A stretch of 64,000 nt of DNA from a virus. A program made the position numbers and the translations under genes. Each line of letters begins with the position of its first letter. The stretch's first letter is position 1. The notes under the pieces are model-generated. The model saw nothing but the letters and a program-made list of their open reading frames with translations, searched no databases and was not told the origin of the DNA. Of this stretch, positions 20,938-31,006 are shown in pieces. Where the stretch lies: IMG/VR virus record IMGVR_UViG_3300014501_000001, positions 1 through 64,000 of that record; one strand, written 5' to 3'.

Positions 20938-22725
20938 ATGAAGCCCGACAAGTTCGCACTCACCGCCGAACTCCACCGCACGCACTCGCTGCTGCACGGC
21001 AACGCGCTCCAGCACCAGATCGGCATCAGCACGACGGCGAACGAGATGACCGTGGTCATCATGATCGCGATCGTGCTCGTGGTAGTCGGCATCGCCGCCG
21101 CGCTGATCAAGGCCCTCTGACCGCGCTGACCCGTAACCACCGGAAGGGAGTCCCGCAATGGCCGCCAGCCTCAGGGAGCGCGCCCAGCGCCGCTCAGCCG
21201 AGGTCTACCAGGCTGCCATCAGGGACGCCCTGGCCGAGGGGAATGGGCGGCAGGCGCTGCACCTCGCGATCCGGGCGCTCCTGTCCGAGTCCGCGAAGAT
21301 CCGGCGCCGCCGCCCCGCCAGCGCATCGCTGGCGGATGCGGAACTGGCCGGTTCGATCGCGGCAATCGCCGCCGGGCTGCACGCCTACAAGCCCCGCAAG
21401 CCGGCCGGGTGCACGAGGGTGCCGGGACCGCACCACCTGCTGTCCGTGTACGAGGCCAGCCTTGAGCAGGCCGAGGGAGCAAGCCATGAGTGAACCGGGA
21501 GTTATCCTGCGATTGCACCGGGGAGGCGACGATGACGGCGCGTTCCCCGACGCTGAGGCACCCGCCGAGGCTCCCCGGGACACCGCAGCCGGCGGCGCGC
21601 TCGTGACCCTCAGCGGAGGCCAGATGGCCCTGCCCGATCAGGCGAAGGCTGCGCTCGCGCATGCCTTGCGGGCGGCACTGAGGCGGGCGAAGGACCTGTC
21701 CGAGCGCGAGGGCGGCATCGTCCACGGGCTGATCAATGCGAAGCCGCCATCGGTCGGGGACCAGCACCGCTACTCCGCGTCCCGCGCATGGGTTCCGCCA
21801 GGTCACGACAACGGGATCGCCGAGAGGGCAGGCGTGATCTATCACCTGCTGATCGGCCGGCCCGGCGTCGCGCTCGGGAACACCATCTCGGCGCTGGCGT
21901 CCCGCCCCCTGCGGTTCTTCCTGGCGCTGGGCGTCATCGCCATCGCAATCATCGTCGTTCTTTTCGCAGCCTGAGAGCAGGACCCATGCACGGCATCCAC
22001 GGATTCCCGGTGGCCCTCGCCGCCATCACGTTCTCGATTGCAGCGGGCCTGTGGAGCTACAGAAAGCTTCACCGCGTCACGGCGTGGGGCTTCGGCCTCG
22101 CCGCGTTCTTCCTGGCCGCTGGCCTGACGCCGTGGACCGACGCCCTGGCATCGCTGGTTGCTACGGGTGCCGGGATCACGGTCCTGGTGATCGTGGCCAT
22201 CGTCGGGGGCTTCGGGTTCCACTTCGAGGCCATCCTCAAGCACCAGCACCACCGCATCCGGACCCCGGTCATCGCCGTGACCTTCGGGACCGCGATCGTG
22301 CTGACCATCGGCAGCCTGTCCCGGCTGCTCCGCAAGGCCGCGGAAAGCCCGTCTAAGACCAGTGATGCGCTCGGCTCGGCCATCTCCCGCATCCAGTCGG
22401 GAAAGGCCGCTCACGCCGTGCCTGCGGGTCACGGGCTGTTCGTCCTCGCCATCGGTGCCGCCGTCCTGATGGCCCTGATCATGTTCGGCCACAAGATGGA
22501 GAACCGCCGGAAGGGCGGCGGCAGGGGCATGATCCCGGCTGCTGCCCGTCCCGCAGGGCGCCCGGCCCTTCCCGCTGGCAGGGGGCGCCGGCCATGAAAT
22601 CCGACCTGATCCTGCTCGGCGCGGGAGCAGTTGCCCTGCTCGGCTGGTACCTGCGCTGCAAGTCGTGGGAGCGCGAGGAAGACGCATACGCCGCTGAGGA
22701 CGAATACGAGGATCACCTGTCATGA
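20938..22725 (+). CDS. Small and membrane proteins upstream of FtsK (20938-21120, 21158-21493, 21486-21974, 21986-22597 multi-TM, 22594-22725)
   Basis: Hydrophobic segments, coupled starts; Spd-like context. Confidence 0.6.
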
Positions 22726-24770
22726 ACGAGTCCCGGCAGCCCGGCGAGCTGCGCGCCGTCGTCCGCGCCCACGATGCCATCCTCGCGCCGTATGCCTGGA
22801 TGCTCGCGGTGGACGCGGTGGCGCTGTTCGCCCGCTACGGCGTGCGCGGCTCCACTGCGCCCATCACGGATGCATGGTGGACCGTGCTGCTCGCCGCTGC
22901 CGCTGCCGGGATCTGGATCCTGCGGGCGCGCAAAGCCCGGCCGTTCCGCTTCATGACCGCCGTCATCTTCCGCCATCCGCTGCCCGCCCCGGCGCGCAAG
23001 CACGGCACCCGCTACGCCGCCTGGTGCTGGGGACTGGGCACGCTGTGGGCGCTCGTGTCGGTCACGTGGTCGCCCGGCTGGCTGATGCAGGCCATCCTCA
23101 TCATCGGCGGCACCTGCCTCGCCGCCCCGCACCTGTACCGCAGCCGCGTCAGCCATTCCGGCCCGCGCATCCTCGGCGGTCACCTGATGGGCGATGACGA
23201 CCCGGAGCCCGCTCACGTCGAGGACATGGAAGTCACCCAGACGGGACCCTATGACAGCCCGGTAGTGGGCGAGACCGTGACACCGGAGCCCGGCACGTAC
23301 GCCGCTCCCGGCTCGTCCGTGCTGCGGCCCGGCGCGAAGCCGAAGGGACGCACCGCGGCCAATGACGCCGCCCGCGAGGCCCTGGCCCGGGTTCTGTCGG
23401 ACTTCGCCGTCGATGCCGAGGTGACCGGCTTCACGCGCGGCCCGACCGTGACCCGCTACCAGATCGAGATCGGCAGCGGCACGAAGGTGGAGGCGGTCCT
23501 GCGGCTGCTGAAGAACATCTGCTACGCCCTCGGAACCGAGTCTGTGCGGATGCTCGCCCCCGTCCCCGGCATGTCCGCGATCGGCGTCGAGGTGCCGAAC
23601 GCGGACCCGGAAGTGGTCTCCCTCGGCGATGTCCTGCGCTCCCCGGCGGCGGCGAAGGACCGGCACCCGCTGACGGTCGCCCTCGGCGTGGACGTGGAAG
23701 GCCGGCCCGTGCTCGCCTGCCTCGCGAAGATGCCCCACGTTTTGATTGCGGGCGCCACTGGCAGCGGAAAAAGTACCTGCGTAAACAGCCTGATCACGTC
23801 GGTGCTGATCCGCGCCACCCCGGACGAGGTGCGGATGCTCCTGATCGACCCCAAGCGCGTCGAGCTGGCCGCCTACCGCGGCATCCCGCACCTGATCACG
23901 CCCATCGTCACAAGCCCGCAGAAAGCCGCCGAGGCCCTCCAGTGGGTCACGGGCGAGATGGAGCGCCGCTACGACGACATGGCCGCGTTCGGAGTCAAGC
24001 ACATCGACGACTTCAACCTCAATGCCGCCGCCGGGAAGCTGATCCGCCACGGCGAGCACTCGGCCGCCCTGCCGTACCCATACCTGCTGGTGGTCGTGGA
24101 CGAGCTGGCCGACCTGATGATGGTCGCCCCCCGCGATGTTGAGGACTCGGTAGTGCGCATCACGCAGCTAGCCCGCGCCGCCGGCATCCACCTCGTGCTG
24201 GCCACGCAGCGGCCCTCGGTAGACGTGGTGACCGGGCTGATCAAGGCCAACATCCCGTCGCGGCTGGCGTTCATGACGGCGAGCCTGACGGACTCCCGCG
24301 TGATCCTGGACATGCCGGGAGCGGAGAAGCTGATCGGCCAGGGTGACGCGCTGTTCGTCCCCATCGGCGCCTCCCGCCCGATCCGCATCCAGGGCGCCTA
24401 CGTGTCCGACCCGGACATCGCCGCCGTGGTCCGCCAGTGCCGCCAGCAGAACGGGCCGCACCTCGCGTCAGGCCCGGAGCCCGCGCCCGTGGTGATCAAC
24501 CCCACGGTAACGATCGCCCCTTCCGATGACGGCGATGACGCGGAACTGATCGTGCAGGCCGCCGAGCTCGTGATCCGCACGCAGTTCGGCTCCACGTCGA
24601 TGCTCCAGCGGAAGCTTCGCCTCGGGTTCGCCCGCGCGGGCCGCGTCATGGACCTGCTCGAAAACCGGGGCATCGTCGGCCCCAGCGAGGGATCGAAGGC
24701 CAGGGACGTCCTGGTCGGACCTGACGGGATGGACGCGGCACTAGCCGCGCTGAGCACGGAGGCAAGCTGA
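22722..24770 (+). CDS. ftsK: FtsK/SpoIIIE (TraB-like) DNA translocase with N-terminal TM segments and gamma domain
   Basis: [23 protein letters not shown]; gamma domain [22 protein letters not shown]. Confidence 0.92.
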   Translation: MNESRQPGELRAVVRAHDAILAPYAWMLAVDAVALFARYGVRGSTAPITDAWWTVLLAAAAAGIWILRARKARPFRFMTAVIFRHPLPAPARKHGTRYAAWCWGLGTLWALVSVTWSPGWLMQAILIIGGTCLAAPHLYRSRVSHSGPRILGGHLMGDDDPEPAHVEDMEVTQTGPYDSPVVGETVTPEPGTYAAPGSSVLRPGAKPKGRTAANDAAREALARVLSDFAVDAEVTGFTRGPTVTRYQIEIGSGTKVEAVLRLLKNICYALGTESVRMLAPVPGMSAIGVEVPNADPEVVSLGDVLRSPAAAKDRHPLTVALGVDVEGRPVLACLAKMPHVLIAGATGSGKSTCVNSLITSVLIRATPDEVRMLLIDPKRVELAAYRGIPHLITPIVTSPQKAAEALQWVTGEMERRYDDMAAFGVKHIDDFNLNAAAGKLIRHGEHSAALPYPYLLVVVDELADLMMVAPRDVEDSVVRITQLARAAGIHLVLATQRPSVDVVTGLIKANIPSRLAFMTASLTDSRVILDMPGAEKLIGQGDALFVPIGASRPIRIQGAYVSDPDIAAVVRQCRQQNGPHLASGPEPAPVVINPTVTIAPSDDGDDAELIVQAAELVIRTQFGSTSMLQRKLRLGFARAGRVMDLLENRGIVGPSEGSKARDVLVGPDGMDAALAALSTEAS

Positions 24771-25718
24771 TGGGGATCTTCAAGCGGGGCTTCGGCCGGG
24801 CGTCTAACGCCGCCAAGTCGGCGATCTCGCGCACCGACTGGCACCCCGATGGCAATGGCGTGTTCGAGGGCTACGACCGCACCGCCGACATCGTGGCCGG
24901 CGACGCCTGGAGCATCTGCTTCGCGCGTGACGATAAGCCCGGCTCGCTGATCACTGTCACGTTCTACCCGGTCGAGTATGACGAGAGCCCGGGCGAGTTC
25001 GTGGTTCAGCGCGAGGTCGAGTGGATGGTCTGCGAGAACCCGGCCGACCCCGGCGGCACCGAGGTCTGGTCAGACGCCTTCACGGACGACCCGATGCCGG
25101 AAACGTGGGCATCGGCAGCAGAGGCGGAAGCTGACTGCCGGTCGGCTGCCGAGGATGCGCTCGGCGTTGCCTGGGCGTACGGCACCTGGGACGGCGAGCC
25201 TGAGTGGAACGCGGAGGCAGTCTGATGACCACTCCCCCGACCGGACCCACGCCCCCTCGAATTCGCACCCAACGTGCCTATACGCACACCCGTAACACCC
25301 GTATACGCGCCCGCGCGCGAGAAATGAGCCCGTCATGACCCGGATACTCGCCATGCTGGTGCCGGCGGTTGCCATAGCGGCGCTGCCCTGGCGCTTCGCC
25401 CTGCTGATCGCCGGCGGCATCGCCCTGCTTGCCGCCCTCGTCGCGGTGGGATCCAGTACGCGCCGGACCGGCGCGGTGATCGTGGCAGCCCTGGCGGTCG
25501 CGGCGCTCACCGCCGGGCGGGACGCCTTCGACGCCAGCCACATCGGCGCTCCCATCCACGCCTGGACCGCCAGCTACCACTGCCCGGCCAAGAGGCAGAC
25601 GCTCTCCACCAACGACTGGGTGAAAGCCCCGAACCCGAACGTCCAGTACTACTACAACGGCTGGCAGGACCTGATCGGCTGCCAGGAGAGCATCCAGCTA
25701 GGTATCGGCTCCCGCTAA
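24770..25718 (+). CDS. Acidic hypothetical protein (24770-25225) and membrane protein (25335-25718)
   Basis: ORFs; TM segments in the second. Confidence 0.55.
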
Positions 25719-25781
25719 GCGGGTAGCGCGGCACGGACGGAAATGCAGCGATTGATCAAGCTACGCACGGAGGATGACCAG

Positions 25782-26957
25782 ATGACCGCAATCCCGTGGG
25801 AAGCGCCCGCCGCGCTCGGCGCAGGCGCGGTCCTGCTGCTGTCGCTGCCCCGTGCTGTCCGCTCGCTGCGCCCCGGTCGCCGGCAGCGCAAGGCCAGCGA
25901 CTGGACCCGGCCGCAGCGGTTTCTGGCTGGCGTCCTGATCGTGCTCGGCGTCGGGATCACGATCCCGGCCTTCACTGAGATCTACCTTACGGTCACGCAC
26001 CTGATCCGCCCGGCGTTCGGCGCCTGGTCGTGGACGGTCCCGGTGTCCGGGGAGATTGCGTTCACTTACCTGTTCCTCAATGGCGTGCTGCTGGCGATGC
26101 GCCGGGCACCCGCCGGGGCGCTGCGCAGCATGCTCATCGCCGTGATCATCGCCGGCTCGGTGATCCTCAACATCTGGGCTTACCTCGGCTCGGTGCCCGC
26201 CATCACGGGTCACCTGATCGTCGTCGCCGCGTTCTTCGGCGTGCTGCTGGCCGGCAAGGAAACGGTGATGACCCTGCGCGGCGGCAAGGTCCGCGCGGAC
26301 CGGATCACCGCGTCCGCGTGGATCGCTCACCCGCTGCACTCGGCGCGGCTGTGGCGGTGGATGGCGACCTGGGGCGAGCCGTCCCGCGCCGTGGCGCACG
26401 CCCGGTACATGCGGCTGCTGTTCGCCATCACGATCGCGCAGGCAGACGACCGGATCGGCAGCCAGCGGCGGCGCTGGCGCCGCAATCTTCCGGAGATCCT
26501 GCGCTACCAGATAGCCATGGGGGAACTGCCGGATCCGCCGAGGTACGGCGACTGGCAGGAGGCACTGGCGGGACACGTCACGGCGCAGCTTGAGAGGCTC
26601 CCTGCGGCGCAGTCCGGTGACACCGATGAGCGCAGCGGCGGTGACACGGAAAGTGGCAGCGGTGGTGACAGCGATCGGCGCAGGCAGGATGACAGCGAGC
26701 GTGGCACGCGCCGGCGCAATGACAGTGACACCGCGCGTGACAGCTGGCCCGAGACCAAGGACGTGGACCCGGCGGTCATGCGCCGCATGATCCGCACGGC
26801 CATCGGCCGCTACGAGCGGGAACACGAGGGTGCCCGCGTGCCCGACGCGAAGCTAGAGGAACTCATCCAGGTCCGCATGAGCCGGGTGACGGCCAAGAAG
26901 CTGCTGACCGCCGCGTATGGCGCCGAGGGCGCTAGGCAGCGCGCCGGGGCAAGGTAG
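25782..26957 (+). CDS. DUF2637/SpdB-like membrane protein
   Basis: Four to five TM segments, WTVPVSGE, WIAHPLHSARLWRWM motif, low-complexity linker. Confidence 0.7.
   Translation: MTAIPWEAPAALGAGAVLLLSLPRAVRSLRPGRRQRKASDWTRPQRFLAGVLIVLGVGITIPAFTEIYLTVTHLIRPAFGAWSWTVPVSGEIAFTYLFLNGVLLAMRRAPAGALRSMLIAVIIAGSVILNIWAYLGSVPAITGHLIVVAAFFGVLLAGKETVMTLRGGKVRADRITASAWIAHPLHSARLWRWMATWGEPSRAVAHARYMRLLFAITIAQADDRIGSQRRRWRRNLPEILRYQIAMGELPDPPRYGDWQEALAGHVTAQLERLPAAQSGDTDERSGGDTESGSGGDSDRRRQDDSERGTRRRNDSDTARDSWPETKDVDPAVMRRMIRTAIGRYEREHEGARVPDAKLEELIQVRMSRVTAKKLLTAAYGAEGARQRAGAR
26617..26744 (+). repeat. TGACA/TGGCA repeats on a 12-bp lattice
   Basis: TGACA at 26618, 26642, 26666, 26690, 26720, 26726, 26738; TGGCA at 26654, 26702. 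Confidence 0.7.
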
Positions 26958-27015
26958 TGCCCGTTCCTCTGCCGGGATACCCGGGCACTCACTGATTGCG
27001 GGAGGATGAACGACC

Positions 27016-27537
27016 ATGGCCCTCTATGACATCGCGGTAGGAGACGGGCAGCAGCTGGAGCGAGGCGCCATCCTGCTGACGATCCTCGGCAATCCGACCG
27101 TCAAGCGGTTCCGTGACGCCTGGACGGAGAAGGGCAGCGACGGAGAGCCGGTGATCGCGATCTACACCCGGCAGGGCGGCGGCTACCGCGAGTGCTACTG
27201 CGACACCGTGGACATGCTGGCTTCCAGCACGCATAACCCGGAGGGCTGCAACGCCGCGTGCAATACTGCTCTCGCCGCGCATCCGCTGTACCTGCGGGAT
27301 GCTGACGACGACTTTGACCGGACTTACGCCACGTTCTACTTCCGCGTGCCGCCTGAGTACCGTGATGCTCTCGCTGCCAGCGCGGTTGACCCGGTGAACA
27401 TGTCCGAGGTCTGGCAGCAGGAGATCGACCGCATCGGCAGCGGCGAGATGAGGCCGGCCGAGGTCGCGCTAGGTGATCAGCTAGGCGCGTTCCTGTCCGA
27501 CCCGGCGCCAGACGGCCCGAGGATCATGGAGGTTTAA
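27016..27537 (+). CDS. Conserved phage hypothetical protein
   Basis: RFRDAW...IYTRQGGGYRE...DDDFDRTYATFYF. Confidence 0.7.
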   Translation: MALYDIAVGDGQQLERGAILLTILGNPTVKRFRDAWTEKGSDGEPVIAIYTRQGGGYRECYCDTVDMLASSTHNPEGCNAACNTALAAHPLYLRDADDDFDRTYATFYFRVPPEYRDALAASAVDPVNMSEVWQQEIDRIGSGEMRPAEVALGDQLGAFLSDPAPDGPRIMEV

Positions 27538-27614
27538 CCCTCCGCGCTTGGCTAGTCGCTCTCCGTGTTGCACACTAGGGCCATCCAATCCCGCGAGGTC
27601 TCAGGGGTGACGGC

Positions 27615-28622
27615 ATGGCGGATCGCGGAAACTACTGGCAGACCTCGTTTCAGGCCAGTGATAGCTTCCGCGAACGGCAGCGGATAAACGGGCACCAGCC
27701 CGCGAGGACCGTGCCGGTGCAGGCTGATGAGGCGGGCCCGCATCGCTGCGAGCGGCGGGAATGGTGCGCCTCCGGTGAGCGCACCGAGCGCGAGGACGGC
27801 AGCCACGGCAGGATGCCCGCGCTGACGCCGCAGCCGTTCTGTGATGCGGACGAGTCGATCATCTACGCCTGCCTGGAGGAACTCGCCGGCCTGCACTCCC
27901 GTCTCGCCGCCGCCATGCTGTCCGGAGTGACCGGCGAAGTCCTGATCCGGCTCCCGTTCGGCCCCTCTGTGCCGCTCCGGGTGGACATTGACGAGCTGCA
28001 GCGGTTGCTAGTCGAGACGGCCCTGTCGTGGCATGAGCGCGTCGCCACGTCCGACCGGCTGTCGGTGATTGACACGCAGGCCACGCATAAGCAGGCGCTC
28101 GGCGCGCGGTCCGGAAAGATGCTGGCGCACTCATCCGACGTGCTGAAAGAGCATCTGGGCACGCTGCTGTACCTAGCTCCCGGCGTGATGACCCGCATTC
28201 CGTCGCCGCTGATGGCCGCGATCACGCCAGACGCGCCTGTAGTCGGCCAGGGCGCCGGCGGCACCGTGCTGGTGATGCTGTCGGGCGCCGACGCGGGCAA
28301 CGAGATCATGCGGCTGGAGTACGCCGGGCGAGCCACGCTGCTGGAGACCGACCCGGCACCGGAGAAGCTTCTAGGCGTCCAGTGCCGCTCGTGCGAGCGC
28401 CGGTCACTGCGCCGGGCAGCGCGGCCCCAGCACGACGGCGACCCCGTGTACGCCTCGGAGTGCGCCGACTGCGGGCATCTCATGACTCCGCTTGAGTACA
28501 AGCAGTGGACCGCGATGAACGCCCGTTACTGGCGGCTGCGCGTGACCCCGGCTCAACTCGCGGCCAAGGCTTCTATCAGCGAGGATGCCGCCGCGCGGCT
28601 CATGGCCGCAGTCGTTGCGTAA
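27615..28622 (+). CDS. Hypothetical protein with C-terminal Zn ribbon (possible late regulator)
   Basis: CRSC...CADCG; followed by HTH genes. Confidence 0.6.
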   Translation: MADRGNYWQTSFQASDSFRERQRINGHQPARTVPVQADEAGPHRCERREWCASGERTEREDGSHGRMPALTPQPFCDADESIIYACLEELAGLHSRLAAAMLSGVTGEVLIRLPFGPSVPLRVDIDELQRLLVETALSWHERVATSDRLSVIDTQATHKQALGARSGKMLAHSSDVLKEHLGTLLYLAPGVMTRIPSPLMAAITPDAPVVGQGAGGTVLVMLSGADAGNEIMRLEYAGRATLLETDPAPEKLLGVQCRSCERRSLRRAARPQHDGDPVYASECADCGHLMTPLEYKQWTAMNARYWRLRVTPAQLAAKASISEDAAARLMAAVVA

Positions 28623-28635
28623 CCCGCTCCTGCGA

Positions 28636-28711
28636 TAGAATATGTCCCGCGGCCTGCGTCAACAGGCCCGGGACGTCGGCCACTGCTAAACCCTTTGCGA
28701 GGAGCAGCGAC
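28636..28711 (+). promoter_or_regulatory. -10 box plus CGUCAA hairpin leader (copy 3)
   Basis: TAGAAT, then GTCCCGCGGCCTG-CGTCAA-CAGGCCCGGGAC; RBS GAGGAG. Confidence 0.6.
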
Positions 28712-29278
28712 ATGGGACAGGTTACCGTCCGGCCGGATGGGCTCATAACGTCCGCGCAAGCGGCCGAACTCTGCGGCGTCAGCGTCAAGACGATCTATGC
28801 CTGGGCGCACAGCGGACTCCTGCCGGTGAAGCGCTCCAGTCAGCGCAGGATCCTGCTCAACCTGCTTGACGTGCTGCGAGCGGATAACGCGACCCGGAAG
28901 GCTGCCCGGCGTACAGCCGTTACCTATCCGGCGTGGGAAATCGACGGCGAACCGGATACGGACTACGCGGCAATCCTCCGCGCCTGCCGTGACGGTGCAG
29001 CTAGCACTCCCGTCCTACGGCAGTCGGTGGTTTACTACCTGCGGTTCGCGGATCGCATCAAGATAGGAACCTCAACCCGTTATCTTGCTCGCATGCGCGA
29101 GTTGCCTAAGGATGAGCTTCTAGTGACCGAACCCGGTGGTGACGATCTGGAGCGAGCGCGCCACCGCCAGTTCGCCGCATTGAGGATCCGGGGGGAATGG
29201 TTCCGCGCGGAAGCGCCGCTGCTGGCTCACATCGTCAGACTGCGCGCCGACCTTGCCCCGGCTATACCTGACATGTAA
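28712..29278 (+). CDS. MerR/Xis-type HTH fused to GIY-YIG (T5orf172-like) domain
   Basis: AAELCGVSVKTIYAW; VVYYLRFADRIKIGTS...E...HRQF...GEWF. Confidence 0.8.
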   Translation: MGQVTVRPDGLITSAQAAELCGVSVKTIYAWAHSGLLPVKRSSQRRILLNLLDVLRADNATRKAARRTAVTYPAWEIDGEPDTDYAAILRACRDGAASTPVLRQSVVYYLRFADRIKIGTSTRYLARMRELPKDELLVTEPGGDDLERARHRQFAALRIRGEWFRAEAPLLAHIVRLRADLAPAIPDM

Positions 29279-29351
29279 GGTCAGTTCCGGACCACCATGC
29301 CCGCCGCCAGCAAGTGCGGCGGGCATTCGCGCGCCCTGGGGGTGATTTGCC

Positions 29352-29594
29352 CTGGACGAGACCGAGCAGATCAGCCCGAGGCCCGGAGACGGGCGCATCA
29401 GCCGCGCTGATGCCGCGCACCTCGCGCGTGTCGAGCCCGACACGATCTCAGCGTGGATCAACCGCGGTCACCTGACCGACGTCCGCCGCGAGGGCAGGCG
29501 CGTCTGGCTCATGCCGGCCGAGGTCATCGAGACCGAGCACCGCGTGCACGCCGCCGAGCGGGAGCGCATGCGCCGCGTGCTGTCGGCCGCGTGA
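29352..29594 (+). CDS. Xis-like HTH protein with CTG start (absent from the ORF track)
   Basis: ISRADAAHLARVEPDTISAWINRGHL; in-frame TGA at 29343 leaves CTG as the start, 7 nt after GGGGGTG. Confidence 0.65.
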   Translation: MDETEQISPRPGDGRISRADAAHLARVEPDTISAWINRGHLTDVRREGRRVWLMPAEVIETEHRVHAAERERMRRVLSAA

Positions 29595-30079
29595 GCGACC
29601 AGCCGCCCGCCGGGCCTGCGGACCCGATCACGCCCATACGTGAGGGCCTGATCGGCCTGCACGAGCTTTACCGCAGACTCCGGGAGGCCGGCTGGCCGGT
29701 CCTGGCCGCGTGCTGTTACCTGGCGGCGTTCTCGAAGATCAATAGCGAGGATCCGCCCAGCACCTAGCGCCTCTGCCGTGCCTGGTTCCGCGCGACCGCA
29801 CCGCGCCGCCACTTGCAGTAGACCCCGAACGTCGCGCATACCCCCATCCCGGCGATGAACTGGCAGCAGATCCAGAGCGCTCCCCAGTAGGTAGCGTGCT
29901 CACGAGGGGCCAGGACCGCTGCCAGCCCGAGCACGAACGCGGCGAGGACAAGAGCGCACGTCACGTTGACGGCGGGGCTGGCGGAGAACGTGCGGCCGGT
30001 CGTGCGCTGTGGTGGTGCCATCCCGGCGCGCAGCTCGCCCATGAGCCGGTCGTACTCGGCCTTGCTGGTGCTCTCCATG

Positions 30080-31006
30080 TCAGTGCCTCCTGGCGGGGTC
30101 ACGATCGGCCTGCCACGCCGCCAGCGCATCGGTTCCCACCCTGGCGTAGATCAGCAGGCTCTTGACGTTCCTGTGGCCGCTCAGCGCCATCATCATCGCG
30201 GTCGACGCTCCCGCCTCCGCAGCGTCGGTAAGCGCCCGGTGGCGGATCTGGTGCAGCGTGTACGGGCCGCCGGGGAAGTCCCGGGTTGCCTTCATGAACG
30301 TGTCCTGCGCCTGCCTCGCTGACAGCCTTCCCCGGCCGTCAGGCGCAACGTCAGCGCGCGGCGTGCCTGCCGGTGCCTTCCGTGACGTGACGAACAGCGG
30401 GCCGCTCTTGCGCCCTTTCAGCAGCCGGGGAAGCGCCGACGCCGTGCCCGACTGCCACACGATCGCGGTAACGTCCGAGCCCTTCCTGACTACCCGTGCA
30501 CGGTGGTGCGGCAGGTCCAGGTCGGCGACGTCGAGCCGCAGCAGCTCCGATTCCCTCGCGGCGGTCTCCAGCATCATCCGCCAGAGCGCGCGCTCCCGCA
30601 GCGGGATCTTCTGGTCCGCCAGCAGCGCCTCGAGCACGTCCGCCGGGATTGCCCGGTCACGGTCCTCTGCTACCTTGCGCGGCGGGATGCCCCGTGCAAC
30701 CTCCGGGCCGGCCCATCCTTCCTGCCCGAAGTATGACCATGCGGACCGCAGGCATACGCGGGCCAGATTCCACGTCCTGGGAGCGCGATCCCCGGACGTG
30801 GCCTTCATCCACGCCGCGAGGTCGGCGGCGGTGACGGCCTGCACGTCCCTTTCCTCGCCGATGCCCTTTGCCATGCGCCCCAGGATCGAGCCGTACTGCT
30901 TCCTGGTTCCCGCGCTCTCGGGGTGGTCCAGGGTGGCCAGGTAGCAGGCCACGGCGTCCCAGAGCGGCATGCTGGTGCTGGGGACGGCATGCAGGGCGCG
31001 GGTCAT
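30080..31006 (-). CDS. Tyrosine recombinase/integrase
   Basis: Catalytic R (AARESE), K (VRKG), HQIRH, SGH and Y (LIYA). Confidence 0.9.
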   Translation of the reverse strand: MTRALHAVPSTSMPLWDAVACYLATLDHPESAGTRKQYGSILGRMAKGIGEERDVQAVTAADLAAWMKATSGDRAPRTWNLARVCLRSAWSYFGQEGWAGPEVARGIPPRKVAEDRDRAIPADVLEALLADQKIPLRERALWRMMLETAARESELLRLDVADLDLPHHRARVVRKGSDVTAIVWQSGTASALPRLLKGRKSGPLFVTSRKAPAGTPRADVAPDGRGRLSARQAQDTFMKATRDFPGGPYTLHQIRHRALTDAAEAGASTAMMMALSGHRNVKSLLIYARVGTDALAAWQADRDPARRH

